From Candidatus Methylopumilus universalis (lineage in GTDB: Bacteria; Pseudomonadota; Gammaproteobacteria; Burkholderiales; Methylophilaceae): DNA of 64,000 bases. Positions 11,029 to 22,701 of the stretch are shown here, piece after piece (the stretch's first letter is position 1; the number at the start of each line of letters is the position of its first letter). The position numbers and the translations under genes are program-made. Location of the stretch: positions 193,658 to 257,657 of the forward strand of contig CAMCXI010000002.1 in assembly GCA_945883335.1 (NCBI GenBank). Direction: 5' to 3'. The notes beneath the pieces are model-generated. The model saw only the letters and a list, made by a program, of their open reading frames with translations. It was not told where the DNA came from and ran no database searches.

Positions 11029-11832
11029 ATGGCAATTACGATTAAAAACGAACAAGACATTGAAAAAATGCGCATCGCAGGCAAGCTTGCTTCTGAAGTG
11101 CTGGATTTTATAACGCCTTATGTAAAACCAGGCGTAACAACGGGTGAGCTAGACAAGTTATGCCACGATTATATGGTGAACGTGCAAAAGACCATTCCCG
11201 CGCCACTTAACTACGCTCCTCCTGGTCACGTGCCATACCCTAAATCCATTTGCACTTCAGTGAATCATCAGATTTGTCATGGCGTGCCTGGAGAGAAAGT
11301 GCTTAAAAATAGCGATGTGGTGAATCTAGATATAACCGTCATCAAAGACGGTTATCACGGCGATACCAGTCGTATGTTTTACGTTGGAGAGCCCTCGATC
11401 CAAGCAAAACGCTTATGTGAAGTGACTTATGAATGTATGTGGCTTGGTATAGCAAAAGTAAAGCCAGGCGCAACATTAGGTGACATTGGTTATGCGATTC
11501 AATCATATGCAGAAAAAAATGGCTTTAGTGTGGTGCAAGAGTTTTGCGGCCATGGAATTGGAAAGAAATTCCACGAAGACCCGCAAGTACTTCATTATGG
11601 TAAAGCAGGCACGGGGCTTAAATTGCAAGCAGGCATGATATTCACTATCGAGCCGATGATTAACGCAGGCAAGCGCTTTATCAAGCAATTGGGCGATGGC
11701 TGGACAATAGTCACCAAAGACCACAGCCTCTCGGCCCAGTTCGAGCACACCATTTTAGTGACAGAAACTGGTTACGAAGTGTTAACGGTATCTGAAGGCG
11801 CTCCATTAGCGCCAAGTTTTATTAACAACTAA
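11029..11832 (+). CDS. map: type I methionine aminopeptidase
   Basis: 267 aa with metal-ligand motifs (DIT..D..GYHGD, FCGHGIG, EPM, FEHT). Divergent from rpsB as in many proteobacteria. Confidence 0.95.
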   Translation: MAITIKNEQDIEKMRIAGKLASEVLDFITPYVKPGVTTGELDKLCHDYMVNVQKTIPAPLNYAPPGHVPYPKSICTSVNHQICHGVPGEKVLKNSDVVNLDITVIKDGYHGDTSRMFYVGEPSIQAKRLCEVTYECMWLGIAKVKPGATLGDIGYAIQSYAEKNGFSVVQEFCGHGIGKKFHEDPQVLHYGKAGTGLKLQAGMIFTIEPMINAGKRFIKQLGDGWTIVTKDHSLSAQFEHTILVTETGYEVLTVSEGAPLAPSFINN

Positions 11833-11842
11833 AAATCGCTCG

Positions 11843-14428
11843 ATGCTGCTCAATCAAAAACAGAGCCAAGAAGAAAGTCACGCAAAATCATGGCGTGAAA
11901 ATCTAAAGCAGAACCAAGCCCTGCTTCGTGATGATTTTTTAAAGCACAAAAAAAGCCGTAAGTTACTCAAGCAACAATCTAAGCTTGTTGATGATGTGCT
12001 TCAGCAGATTTGGCTTCAATTCGAATTAACTGATTCCGTTTGCCTTGTTGCTGTTGGCGGTTATGGTCGAGGTGAGCTGTTCCCCTACTCCGATGTCGAT
12101 TTACTTATTTTATTGCCCAACAATCCTGATGCCAGCCTCAATGAACGCATTGAGCAAGTGGTTGGCTTGTTTTGGGACATAGGTCTTGCTGTTGGACATA
12201 GCGTTAGAAATCTAGATGAGTGCACTACCGAAGCTAAAAAAGATGTAACCGTTCAAACTAGCTTGCTCGAAGCCCGCCTTATTATTGGCAATCCATCGTT
12301 ATTTAAAAACTTTCAAGCGCAAATGTCTCACTTAATGAATGTTGGTGCGTTTTTTAAGGCCAAACTTCATGAGCAAGAACAGCGCTACGCTCGCTTTGAT
12401 GACACGGCCTGCAACCTTGAGCCTAACATCAAAGAAAGCCCTGGAGGCCTGCGCGATTTACAAGTGGTGCTTTGGATTTTACGTAGCCTAAACTTGGGTG
12501 GCGATTTGAAGGCGTTGGTTAAACACGGCCTGATTAGCCAATCCGAACTCAGGCAAATCGCTAAGCATGAGCAACACTTGCAAATGTTGCGTATTCGCTT
12601 GCATTACATGGCAAAACGCCGTGAAGATAGACTCATTTTTGATTTGCAAAATGAACTAGCAGAAGAATTAGGATTTATTAATACCAAGCGACACCGCGCC
12701 AGTGAGCAATTGATGCGCGGCTATTATAAAAGCGCAAAAGCGGTTGGTTTATTTAATGAAATTCTACTTAAGCTGCTAAAAGAGTTGGCGTTGCCTGAAG
12801 CAATTGAAATCAAATCTATCAACGCTAGATTTGAGTCATACAACGGCCAGTTAAGCGCAAAATCTAATACGCTGCTCCAGCGCGACCCATCATGTATTTT
12901 TGAGATATTCCTACTGCTGCAACAACATACTGAATTAAAAGGCATTAGCGCCTCATTGCTACGCACATTGCAGCGCGTCAAAAGCTTAGTCAATCGTGAC
13001 TTTAGGCTAGACCCTAAAAACAAAGCTACGTTTATCGAGATACTCAAACAGCCTAACGGGGTCACCGAGACGCTCAAAAGAATGAATCGTTATGGCGTAC
13101 TGGGTAATTACATACCCGCGTTCGGCCGAATTATTGGTCAGATGCAACATGACTTATTCCATGTCTATACAGTCGATGAGCACATCGTGCATGTGCTTGG
13201 CAACTTAGAGCGCTTTTCAATCAAAGCGCTTAGCCATGAATTTCCATTATGTAGCAAACTTTTTGCGGCTTTTGATGCGCCTCATTTGCTTTATTTGGGT
13301 GCGCTATTTCACGATATTGCCAAGGGGCGCGGTGGTGATCATTCTAAACTCGGCACATCGGATGCCAAAAGCTTTTGTAAACGGCACGGCCTCAGCAAAA
13401 AAGATAGTCAGCTAGTCGCTTGGATGGTTGAATTGCACCTCACCATGTCAAGCACAGCGCAAAAGTCTGATATGTCGGACCCTCAAGTGATTGAGGGGTT
13501 TTCATTAAAAATGATAGATGAGCGCCATTTAACTGCACTTTACCTACTGACTGTGGCTGATATTCGTGGAACAAGCCCAAAGGTTTGGAATGCTTGGAAA
13601 GCAAAGTTGCTAGAAACCTTGTTTTTAAGCGCACAACGTCTCTTAACTGGTGATGCTGGTGGATTGAGCGATGAAATTGCGACAAGAAAGGCTGATGCTC
13701 AGGCCACACTTAGACATTACAGCATCTTGGAGCGCTCTTATCTTCCGCTATGGAACAACTTAGGCGAACAGTACTTTCTTAGACACACCAGCCAAGAAAT
13801 TGCATGGCATAGCAGGCTTTTATTGAGGCACGTGGACACAAAAGAACCAATTGTTAGGGCGCGCTTAAGTCCTGCAGGTGATGGGATTCAGGTAATGATT
13901 TACACACCAGACCGTGATGATTTGTTTGCGTGCATTTGCAGTTTCTTTGAGCGTATCAGCTATACCATCTTGGAAGCTAAAATTCACACCTCTAAAAACG
14001 CTTATGCCTTAGATAGCTTTTTAGTTTTAGATCATAGTGATAAATCAGTAAGCTATCGTGATTTATTAAACTATATTGAGTACGAACTTGGTGCCAGTCT
14101 ACGTAGCAACACGTTATTAAGCGCCCCCGCAAAAGGCAGGTTAAGCAGGCAAGTCAAACACATGCCGATTAAATCAAATATAACGTTAGAGAGCCTTCCT
14201 GGCAGCAACAATCATAAGCTTGAGATTATTGCTGGAGATCGACCGGGCCTACTGTCAAACATTGCTTATGCATTTTTAACCCATGAAGTGCAAATTCAAA
14301 CTGCGAAAATCAACACTTTGGGCAAGCGAGCGGAAGATGTGTTTTTAATTTCGGGAAAAAGTGGCGTTAAATTAAGTGATGATGAAATTGAAGCACTAGA
14401 AAAAACCCTTACGCTAAGCTTTAATTAA
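11843..14428 (+). CDS. glnD: bifunctional [protein-PII] uridylyltransferase/uridylyl-removing enzyme
   Basis: 861 aa with a nucleotidyltransferase motif (GGYGRGELFPYSDVDLLIL), an HD domain (LFHDIAKG) and two C-terminal ACT-like segments. map-glnD synteny. Confidence 0.93.
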   Translation: MLLNQKQSQEESHAKSWRENLKQNQALLRDDFLKHKKSRKLLKQQSKLVDDVLQQIWLQFELTDSVCLVAVGGYGRGELFPYSDVDLLILLPNNPDASLNERIEQVVGLFWDIGLAVGHSVRNLDECTTEAKKDVTVQTSLLEARLIIGNPSLFKNFQAQMSHLMNVGAFFKAKLHEQEQRYARFDDTACNLEPNIKESPGGLRDLQVVLWILRSLNLGGDLKALVKHGLISQSELRQIAKHEQHLQMLRIRLHYMAKRREDRLIFDLQNELAEELGFINTKRHRASEQLMRGYYKSAKAVGLFNEILLKLLKELALPEAIEIKSINARFESYNGQLSAKSNTLLQRDPSCIFEIFLLLQQHTELKGISASLLRTLQRVKSLVNRDFRLDPKNKATFIEILKQPNGVTETLKRMNRYGVLGNYIPAFGRIIGQMQHDLFHVYTVDEHIVHVLGNLERFSIKALSHEFPLCSKLFAAFDAPHLLYLGALFHDIAKGRGGDHSKLGTSDAKSFCKRHGLSKKDSQLVAWMVELHLTMSSTAQKSDMSDPQVIEGFSLKMIDERHLTALYLLTVADIRGTSPKVWNAWKAKLLETLFLSAQRLLTGDAGGLSDEIATRKADAQATLRHYSILERSYLPLWNNLGEQYFLRHTSQEIAWHSRLLLRHVDTKEPIVRARLSPAGDGIQVMIYTPDRDDLFACICSFFERISYTILEAKIHTSKNAYALDSFLVLDHSDKSVSYRDLLNYIEYELGASLRSNTLLSAPAKGRLSRQVKHMPIKSNITLESLPGSNNHKLEIIAGDRPGLLSNIAYAFLTHEVQIQTAKINTLGKRAEDVFLISGKSGVKLSDDEIEALEKTLTLSFN

Positions 14429-15074
14429 AGTGTTTATTTAACAAAGTCACAAGCTCTATTGGTTGATTAATGACGAAATCAGCACCCCATGTTAATGGCT
14501 GATCAGAAATATCAATGTACCCCCACATGGCAACAACGGTCTTCATCCCAGCAGCATTTCCGGCTTCAATATCGCGTTCTGCATCACCCACATAAAAACA
14601 CAGTTCAGCCTTTATCAAAGATTGCTCGCAGGCCATCAATAGAGTGTCTGGAGCAGGCTTAGGTAGAGAGGCATCATCGCCACATAACAAACAAGCCATA
14701 GGCGCACTTAATTGCATAGACTCGATTAATGGCGCGGCAAAACGTCTTGGTTTGTTAGTTACCACCCCCCATTTGATATCGCGTTTTTGAAGGCTTGCTA
14801 GCAGTTCGTCCACCCCATCAAACAACTTTGGTGAACGTGTAAATACTTGATCGTATAAATCTAAATACTCAACTCGCATCGCCTCAAAATTTTCATTTTC
14901 AGGAGTTAAACCAAAACCGATGTTTAGCAATCCTTTTGAACCATGCGATGCGAAAGGACGAATTGCCTCCATAGGCATAGGCACTAAACCATGACGCTCC
15001 CGTTGCAAATTGAGCGCATAACCAAGATCTGGCGCGGTATCAACCAGCGTTCCATCGAGATCAAATAGAATCAT
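14421..15074 (-). CDS. gph: HAD-family phosphoglycolate phosphatase
   Basis: Start trimmed to MILFDLDGTLVDT (HAD motif I), 1 nt after the ubiG stop. Also has the later VGD..RDI motif. ubiG-gph is a common pairing. Confidence 0.8.
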   Translation of the reverse strand: MILFDLDGTLVDTAPDLGYALNLQRERHGLVPMPMEAIRPFASHGSKGLLNIGFGLTPENENFEAMRVEYLDLYDQVFTRSPKLFDGVDELLASLQKRDIKWGVVTNKPRRFAAPLIESMQLSAPMACLLCGDDASLPKPAPDTLLMACEQSLIKAELCFYVGDAERDIEAGNAAGMKTVVAMWGYIDISDQPLTWGADFVINQPIELVTLLNKHFN

Positions 15075-15075
15075 A

Positions 15076-15798
15076 TTAAGACTTGAGTGTGTGAATGAGG
15101 TAGTTGACTGAAACGTCATCGCCCAATGAGTAATGGTCTGTGAATGGGTTGTATCCCATTCCTTTGAGCTGACTAACATTTAAGTCAGCATGGCGTGCCC
15201 AAGAAGATAGCTCTGATGGTTTAATGAATTTTTGATACTCATGCGTACCTTTTGGCAGCATATTAAGCACATATTCGGCGCCAATCACGGCAAATAGGTA
15301 GGCCTTTGGGTTGCGATTAATGGTTGAAAAAAATACTGAGCCACCTGGCTTCACTAATTGTCCGCAAGCACGAACAATCGCTTCAGGATCTGGCACATGT
15401 TCTAGCATTTCCATACAAGTCACTACGTCAAAGCTTACGGGCTGTTCCTTGGCTAAATCCTCAACTGAAATTAAACGGTAATCAACCTTTGAGCCAGATT
15501 CTAACTGATGCAACTTAGCCACTTTGAGCGCCTTATCGCCCAAATCGATTCCTGTGACATCAGCGCCCTTCTCCTCCATAGATTCAGAGAGGATGCCGCC
15601 ACCACAACCAACATCTAAAACACGCTTACCTTGCAAGCCGACCAAGCCATCAATAAAGTTTAAGCGTAGCGGATTGATGGCATGCAATGGCTTAAATTCA
15701 CTGGTTTTATCCCACCAGCGATGCGCTAAGCTTGCAAATTTTTCAAGCTCTGCTGGATCGGCGTTTATGCTTTGTGTTGATTCAATTTTGATTGCCAT
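15076..15798 (-). CDS. ubiG: bifunctional 3-demethylubiquinol / 2-polyprenyl-6-hydroxyphenol O-methyltransferase
   Basis: [11 protein letters not shown]...[15 protein letters not shown] and the SAM motif [13 protein letters not shown]. The start overlaps the upstream amidohydrolase gene by 34 nt. Confidence 0.92.
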   Translation of the reverse strand: MAIKIESTQSINADPAELEKFASLAHRWWDKTSEFKPLHAINPLRLNFIDGLVGLQGKRVLDVGCGGGILSESMEEKGADVTGIDLGDKALKVAKLHQLESGSKVDYRLISVEDLAKEQPVSFDVVTCMEMLEHVPDPEAIVRACGQLVKPGGSVFFSTINRNPKAYLFAVIGAEYVLNMLPKGTHEYQKFIKPSELSSWARHADLNVSQLKGMGYNPFTDHYSLGDDVSVNYLIHTLKS

Positions 15799-17132
15799 AG
15801 CAATACAATTTCCTTAAGTTCGTTAAGTTCAATATTGGCATACAAGCCAGCTTGTTGGTTTGAGCGCTCAAAACGTAAATCACCAGCTACCCAAACATGA
15901 CTCACATGCTCTCGGCCGCATACATATATAAGATGAGATAAAGGATCAAAACAGGGTAAAGTTTCCACATCAGCAATGCGCACGGCAGTTAAATCTGCCA
16001 ACTTACCAATCTCGATGGATCCGATTTGATGATCCAAGCCTAATGCCTTTGCGCCATTAATCGTTGCCATCTCTAGGGCTTGCGCCGCTGTTATGCTGAT
16101 TGCATCTTCAGTAACTGCTTTAGACAACAAAGCAGCTAGGCGCATTTCAGCAAACATATCTTGGCGATTGTTGCTTGCAGCACCATCTGTCCCTAAGCCC
16201 ACATTAATGCCTGCGTTTAACAACTTATTAATCGGCGCAATACCACTTGCTAGTTTTGCATTAGAGCTAGGACAATGGGCTACGTGAGAGCCATATAGTC
16301 TTAATAAATCCAAATCCTCGTCATTAATTTGCACACAATGTGCGGCAGTCAGATTAGGACCTAATAGTCCCAAGTTCGCCATGCGTTTAATGGGGCGAAC
16401 ACCAAACTTTTCAACACTCTCAGCAACTTCTGCTTTTGTTTCATGCAGGTGTGTATGAACACCCAAACCCAACTGCTCTGCGTAGGTTATGACTTTTTCA
16501 AAGGTTGTATCCGATACGGTGTAAGGCGCATGAGGCGCTAAGGTGGCTGACAATAATGTATTGCCGCGCCAAGTATCGCGAATCAACAAACCCTTTTCTA
16601 TATAGTCATCTGCGTTATTGGCATAGTTAGTTGGAAATTCTAGAACCACCAAGCCAAGCTGAGCGCGCATCCCTGCCTGCAAAACAGCCTCGGCCGTGGC
16701 TTGCGGATAAAAATACATATCATTAAAACAAGTCACGCCGCCAGCCAGCATTTCAGCGCAGCCAAATAAGGTACTGTCACGCACAAACTTTTCAGAAACG
16801 ATTTGCTGTTCAGCCGGCCAAATGTGATTTTCTAGCCAAAGCATCAAAGGAATGTCTTCAGCCAAGCCGCGCATGAGCGTCATCCCAGCGTGGGCATGAA
16901 GATTAATCAATCCTGGCATTAATACTTGCTCATTGAGCAAGATGGTTTTAATGGCGGAATACTGTTCCCTTGCAGCGTCTATTGGAGCAATATCAACAAT
17001 ACAGCCTTCATGAATAACGACAGCGTGATGTTCTAAAATCTGATTACGTGGAATCACTGGTGCAAGCCATCTGGCTTCAATTATTAAATCCACATTTGTT
17101 TTGCCCACGATTGTTTTGCTAGATTCAGTCAT
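15765..17132 (-). CDS. TRZ/ATZ-family amidohydrolase (MTA/SAH deaminase-like)
   Basis: 455 aa with the amidohydrolase metal motif ([10 protein letters not shown]), HTHLHET and GTDGAASNN. The exact substrate is not deducible from sequence alone. Confidence 0.8.
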   Translation of the reverse strand: MTESSKTIVGKTNVDLIIEARWLAPVIPRNQILEHHAVVIHEGCIVDIAPIDAAREQYSAIKTILLNEQVLMPGLINLHAHAGMTLMRGLAEDIPLMLWLENHIWPAEQQIVSEKFVRDSTLFGCAEMLAGGVTCFNDMYFYPQATAEAVLQAGMRAQLGLVVLEFPTNYANNADDYIEKGLLIRDTWRGNTLLSATLAPHAPYTVSDTTFEKVITYAEQLGLGVHTHLHETKAEVAESVEKFGVRPIKRMANLGLLGPNLTAAHCVQINDEDLDLLRLYGSHVAHCPSSNAKLASGIAPINKLLNAGINVGLGTDGAASNNRQDMFAEMRLAALLSKAVTEDAISITAAQALEMATINGAKALGLDHQIGSIEIGKLADLTAVRIADVETLPCFDPLSHLIYVCGREHVSHVWVAGDLRFERSNQQAGLYANIELNELKEIVLLWQSKLNQHKA

Positions 17133-17143
17133 ATTTTTCGCAT

Positions 17144-17169
17144 AAAAAAGCCCCGATGGTTCGGGACTT
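17144..17169 (-). terminator. rho-independent terminator downstream of the OmpA-family gene
   Basis: CCCGA/TCGGG stem (17152-17156/17161-17165) extendable with one mismatch. It is followed on the minus strand by T6 and lies about 20 nt after the stop at 17190. Confidence 0.6.
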
Positions 17170-17189
17170 TAATTAAAACATATTACAAG

Positions 17190-17996
17190 TTATTTACAAG
17201 CTGTTTTGCGTTGTTTTTCAGCTGCTAAAACCACTCTACGATCTGGCTGCAGACAAACAATTAACTCTTGCCCTTTAACACCATCACATTTTGCAATTGG
17301 CTCAGAACTGCCCTTACCATTTGCTTTTAAACGAGAGCCTTCAACACCCTTAGATACTAAGTAAGCTTTAACCGCTTCAGCACGACGTTCAGAGAGTATT
17401 TGATTGTATTGAACACTTCCGATTTTATCAGCATGTCCTGTAACCAAAACCAAATCAATATCTTGATTTTTCTGTAACTGAGCAACAGCAGATTCTAAAA
17501 TCTTGCGACCAGATAATTTCAGGTCTGATTTATCGAAATCAAATAAGGCCTCAATTGAAATGACAATCTTTTCAAAATTAATCATCCATGATGTTTTTGA
17601 GCCACCAACTGAGCTGTTGTTAAGGCAATATTTGGAGTCATTGTTAGTAATGCCTGCGCCAACCAATAAAAATGGACTCAAATTTGCCCTGTCTAAAAAA
17701 TACAGCGCATCAACCCCAACAAGCGTTTGTTTGAATTTTCCAGTGTATCCATCAAGCTTGGTGTCGGCCTGTGTATAACCGGTTCCTAGCTGAATGTCTC
17801 AGTCTTCAGACATCTGTTTACCAACTCTTAATGCCGCACTAATTGCTTTGTCAGCCTTAAGGTCGGATCCCGTCATCACATAACTCGCTGTAGGAAGAAC
17901 GTACCATGAGCCTTTATACCCATCATCTGCATTTGCACTTAAGGAAATTAGCGCAATGTTTGACGCTGCAGCTATTAATAGCAATTTTTTAATCAT
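17190..17996 (-). pseudogene. OmpA-family outer-membrane protein (beta-barrel N-domain + OmpA_C peptidoglycan-binding domain) interrupted by one in-frame TGA at 17799..17801
   Basis: ORFs 17799..17996 (signal peptide ...SLSANA/DD) and 17190..17681 (LVTGHADKIGSVQYNQILSERRAEAVKAYL) are in the same frame. The 39 intervening codons are open and beta-strand-like. Confidence 0.7.
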
Positions 17997-18124
17997 TTTA
18001 TTCCTTTTAATTATTTTTATAGTTTATAGAGTTTTTTTAAAATATTACTTAATATAGGATTTAATTACAAACTAAGACAGAAATAATGAATGCCAAAAAT
18101 AAGGTTTTAGTTGATGAAGCTGCT

Positions 18125-18817
18125 TTAATATAACTGCTTTTTAATCGATAGTATTTTCTGTGGGTCGATTTTCGAAGTTCTTATTTCATCCTTACATATT
18201 GCGCTGCGAAAGCCCAAGTAAGATGGTTGTGTTTGAGATAGCACATCTACATGGGTAGATTGAATAGACCCTGCTAGACCAACCTCAAGAGTAAAAGACT
18301 TTGCTTTTGAAACAAAGTGGGCCAATTGAAGCTGACTCATATGATTAAGTAAATTTGAGCCGTTTTTATTGGCAGTGTCTAACATCACGCCATAAAATCC
18401 AGCTTTAGCAATAATTGGCAATAAAGCAAAATCTGGTAGTTCATCAGCGAACAAGACTGCGATGAGCTTGTTTTTTGCAGCTAAAGACATCAAGGCCTCC
18501 AAGCATTCAATATGATGCATCTGACCAAAGAAACCAATCTTGACGATATCAACGCCTGTTTCGAGCATTGCCTTTGTTGCTTCAATAATTAAGCTAGGCT
18601 CCATTGCTAAGTCACCTATCGTTGCACTTACGCAACTGTCATGATTAATTGCAAGGACAATATCTTTGACCAAGTCGTATTCAAGGGCACCCAAAGCACC
18701 TGCTAAGGGATTTTTTAGGTCTACTATATCGACACCAGCATCAAGTGCAATTAAGGCCTCCTCAACGCTTGTGACGCTTGCCAACATCTTGATTGGCGAT
18801 AGAGAGCTAAGCAACAT
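18125..18817 (-). CDS. MfnB-like (5-formylfuran-3-yl)methyl phosphate synthase family protein (DUF556), methylofuran/methanofuran-type cofactor biosynthesis
   Basis: MLASVTSVEEALIALDAGVDIVDLKNP resembles the archaeal MfnB N-terminus. Start set at the ATG at 18815..18817, preceded by GGGAG; the alternative ATG ending at 18787 is possible. Confidence 0.72.
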   Translation of the reverse strand: MLLSSLSPIKMLASVTSVEEALIALDAGVDIVDLKNPLAGALGALEYDLVKDIVLAINHDSCVSATIGDLAMEPSLIIEATKAMLETGVDIVKIGFFGQMHHIECLEALMSLAAKNKLIAVLFADELPDFALLPIIAKAGFYGVMLDTANKNGSNLLNHMSQLQLAHFVSKAKSFTLEVGLAGSIQSTHVDVLSQTQPSYLGFRSAICKDEIRTSKIDPQKILSIKKQLY

Positions 18818-19403
18818 TAGCTCCCGACAATTGCGCACGATGATTCTCGACCGCCTCAACCAGCCATGCCCAAGCTTCTAGCTCCTTATCACCAGCCGTT
18901 TTTTCAATCGCAATCCTAAGATAATCAATCTCTGAATTGATTTTTTCTATTGGTAACATATTTAAGCGACTCACAAGTACACACAACTCAACCACGGCAG
19001 CTTGCGCACGGTTGTAGCCTTGAAAAGGCTTTAGCGTTTCTTCTTTCAGCACTTTAAAATAAAGCTGAGGTCGTTGAGTATCATCCTCCACTTTTTCAAG
19101 CTTAAGCGTTTTATAGGCTAATGCGGATTCGAGCACCAAAGCCCCCGCTTTATTTTGCATTGGAAAATTGCGCCTACCAGTTAACGCACCTGCAAATACA
19201 CGCACATCGTCTGTTCTGTTGATAGTTGCGCGTCGACCGCTCAGCAAATTATCTAAACTGATAGATGGTCTAAATGGTGCTATTAAGATTAAGCCATCAC
19301 GCTCACGCACTCCAAACGGCGCAATGTATGGTGAACCATCTTCACACTCTGTGACTAGGATAATTTCGTTGATTGTTTCTGGCTTTTTATTAACGGCACT
19401 CAT
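18807..19403 (-). CDS. DUF447-family protein (flavin-reductase-like fold), H4MPT-linked, function unknown
   Basis: 198 aa with the N-terminal ...IILVTECEDGSPYIAPFGV pattern typical of DUF447. ATGA overlap with the upstream gene at 19400..19403. Confidence 0.65.
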   Translation of the reverse strand: MSAVNKKPETINEIILVTECEDGSPYIAPFGVRERDGLILIAPFRPSISLDNLLSGRRATINRTDDVRVFAGALTGRRNFPMQNKAGALVLESALAYKTLKLEKVEDDTQRPQLYFKVLKEETLKPFQGYNRAQAAVVELCVLVSRLNMLPIEKINSEIDYLRIAIEKTAGDKELEAWAWLVEAVENHRAQLSGANVA

Positions 19404-20794
19404 GACTTTTGCTTCTGTTCTTTCATAGAAGCTTCACGGTGAGCCGTTTTACCCTCTTGGTTGCTCTCGAAAGTATTCACACCCCAGGCCAATTCTTCAT
19501 CTTGCGTATAGCGCTTCTTGAGTTGCCATGCAATTTGCGCCCTTGCCAGCTCAACACCTAGGTAGAAGGCATGAGACGCGTCATCCTCAACCTTTAAATG
19601 TGGATATAACTTAAATGGGTCAATGTCGCTAAATAAGCCATCACGATTGTAGATGTGCATCCCATCTTTGCTGACTTGAATCCTAAAGCTTGGGTCTTTA
19701 ATTTGGGTTGCGAACTCTAAGATTTCTTCTGGCGAATAAGTAAAAGGCCTGCGGTCATGCAAACCTAACAAACCTGCGGTGTAATCACGCGGTAAGCGAC
19801 TTTCCTCACGCGCTGCAAACATCATACGTCTTGCCAGATCAGCTTCTGCAACTGCATTAATCGCGTGTGGGCTTACAGAAGTTGCTAATACTGCATTGAT
19901 TTTTAACTCACTAATAATGCCAAATAAAATCGCATTAATTCCTGTGGTGTCGGCATCAGTAAGCTCTGTAATATTACCCACACCAATCATAATTTGAATA
20001 TCAGGATAACATTTACGTAGCTTTTGGTAACGAACGATGGATTCAGTAAATCCGAAAGGAATCGGATCAAGAATTGCATCGGCAATAAATGGTTTGCCTA
20101 TTTTCCGCATGCCTTCAATGGCACGATACAAGGATGGCAGACTCCCTGATTTTGCAGGGATCAACACAGGAATAGCACTCACCTCCTCTGCAATCCACAA
20201 AGTTTTTTCGGTCAGGCTTAGTAGATAATCTGCGCCGGACTTCCCTGCAAGCAATAGATCGTCCGCATTTAAAGAATCAACACTCACTTTAAAGCCAGCA
20301 GCTTTGAGCGTTTTAATTGCGTCGGCTAAATGTGGAAACGGGGTGTTCGGCAAACAGCCTAAATCAATGACATTGGCTCCTTGCGACTGAAAGTGTTGTG
20401 CACGTGCCAATATTGCTTCAACGCTTAATTGCGGCGCATCGACGATTTCAGCGAAGATGTTGACATCATATTTGGATAAGTCGGGCGCTTTCCCACCACG
20501 CCCGAAATATTGTGGTAGATCCTTCAAGTCCACAGGACCTCGCGCTACAGGCACACCATATTTATCTTCAAGTATCGTTAAGTCGCCACAACACAATCCA
20601 GGCACAATCACCTTGCTTGCGTCGCCCACATCGGGTAAACGCCTAGCAATAAATTCAGGGGTCATCAGAGCGGCAACGGATACGCCAATTTGGGTAATGC
20701 GATACTTAAAAGGAGCTGGCTGCATGCTTGCTAATACTTGATGCAAGCTCTTCTCGGCCAACTTTCCTGTTAAAAAGAGGAGGCTTTCAGACAT
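19400..20794 (-). CDS. dihydropteroate-synthase-like pterin-binding protein with extra N-terminal domain (H4MPT biosynthesis-linked)
   Basis: 464 aa. The central region is pterin-binding TIM-barrel-like (ANVIDLGCLP..., VSVDS, IMIGVGN). The family is found in methylotroph and archaeal methanopterin gene islands. Confidence 0.72.
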   Translation of the reverse strand: MSESLLFLTGKLAEKSLHQVLASMQPAPFKYRITQIGVSVAALMTPEFIARRLPDVGDASKVIVPGLCCGDLTILEDKYGVPVARGPVDLKDLPQYFGRGGKAPDLSKYDVNIFAEIVDAPQLSVEAILARAQHFQSQGANVIDLGCLPNTPFPHLADAIKTLKAAGFKVSVDSLNADDLLLAGKSGADYLLSLTEKTLWIAEEVSAIPVLIPAKSGSLPSLYRAIEGMRKIGKPFIADAILDPIPFGFTESIVRYQKLRKCYPDIQIMIGVGNITELTDADTTGINAILFGIISELKINAVLATSVSPHAINAVAEADLARRMMFAAREESRLPRDYTAGLLGLHDRRPFTYSPEEILEFATQIKDPSFRIQVSKDGMHIYNRDGLFSDIDPFKLYPHLKVEDDASHAFYLGVELARAQIAWQLKKRYTQDEELAWGVNTFESNQEGKTAHREASMKEQKQKS

Positions 20795-21317
20795 GCTAAT
20801 CTTGCCTGAATGGCAGTGTCGAGCTGCTGCATATTCTCGACTACTGTTGTTTCTTCAAATGTTTTGAGTTTTGCTGTGTTTTCCAAATCGATACGACGCG
20901 GATAAACCTTCACCATATTGTCACGTGGCGCCTCAGATTCAAGCTCAGCTTCTGTGTCGCACGCAAACACAATACTCGGAACGCGACACTTGCCTGCTTG
21001 CGCAAAGATATTGGTGACTAAATTATCCGAGATACCATAAACCATCTTTGCAACGGTGTTGGATGTTGTCGGTGCAATCACCACAGTGTGATACGCACCT
21101 TGATAAAACAGTTCAACAGGCACTGAGCTTGAGGTTTTATCTTGATAGACTTTACCTACATTGTGCTTGTAACCATATTGTTGAAGGATTTCAGCGGCCG
21201 CTTTACTTAGAAATAAGTCGACATCTTCAAGCTTATCGAAAATTTCGATGCATTCACGTAAATAATGACCTGAGCCAGTTAAGGCCCAAGCCATGCGCTG
21301 TTTTTCAACAGGTTTCA

Positions 21318-21318
<1 letters not shown>
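20770..21318 (-). CDS. AfpA/DmrB-like FMN flavoprotein (candidate dihydromethanopterin reductase)
   Basis: 182 aa with the flavoprotein-family N-terminus AWALTGSGH. Its start ATG shares one base with the purA stop (TAATG at 21316..21320). Confidence 0.68.
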
Positions 21319-22643
<1,325 letters not shown>

Positions 22644-22701
22644 CTACCTAGTAATATTTAAGTGCTTTTTATAATTTTATACTGCTACTTTTATTTAATG
22701 C

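Noticed and set aside
14421-15179. Extended N-termini given by the ORF track: gph 15179, rseP 4742, dxr 5917, pyrH 8951, MfnB-like 18859, pilW 58121, ppsA 38284 and umuD 63287.
   Set aside because: In each case the extension overlaps the upstream gene or a regulatory site and lacks counterparts in the conserved family N-terminus. A downstream start with a better RBS or a stop/start coupling fits better, and the trimmed coordinates are used in the features.
17799-17801. The in-frame TGA in the OmpA-family gene as a selenocysteine codon.
   Set aside because: I could not fold a SECIS-like stem-loop immediately downstream. Only the self-complementary AACCGGTT occurs there. A Sec residue in an exported beta-barrel strand has no precedent that I know of. 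A TGG-to-TGA change or a read error is more parsimonious.
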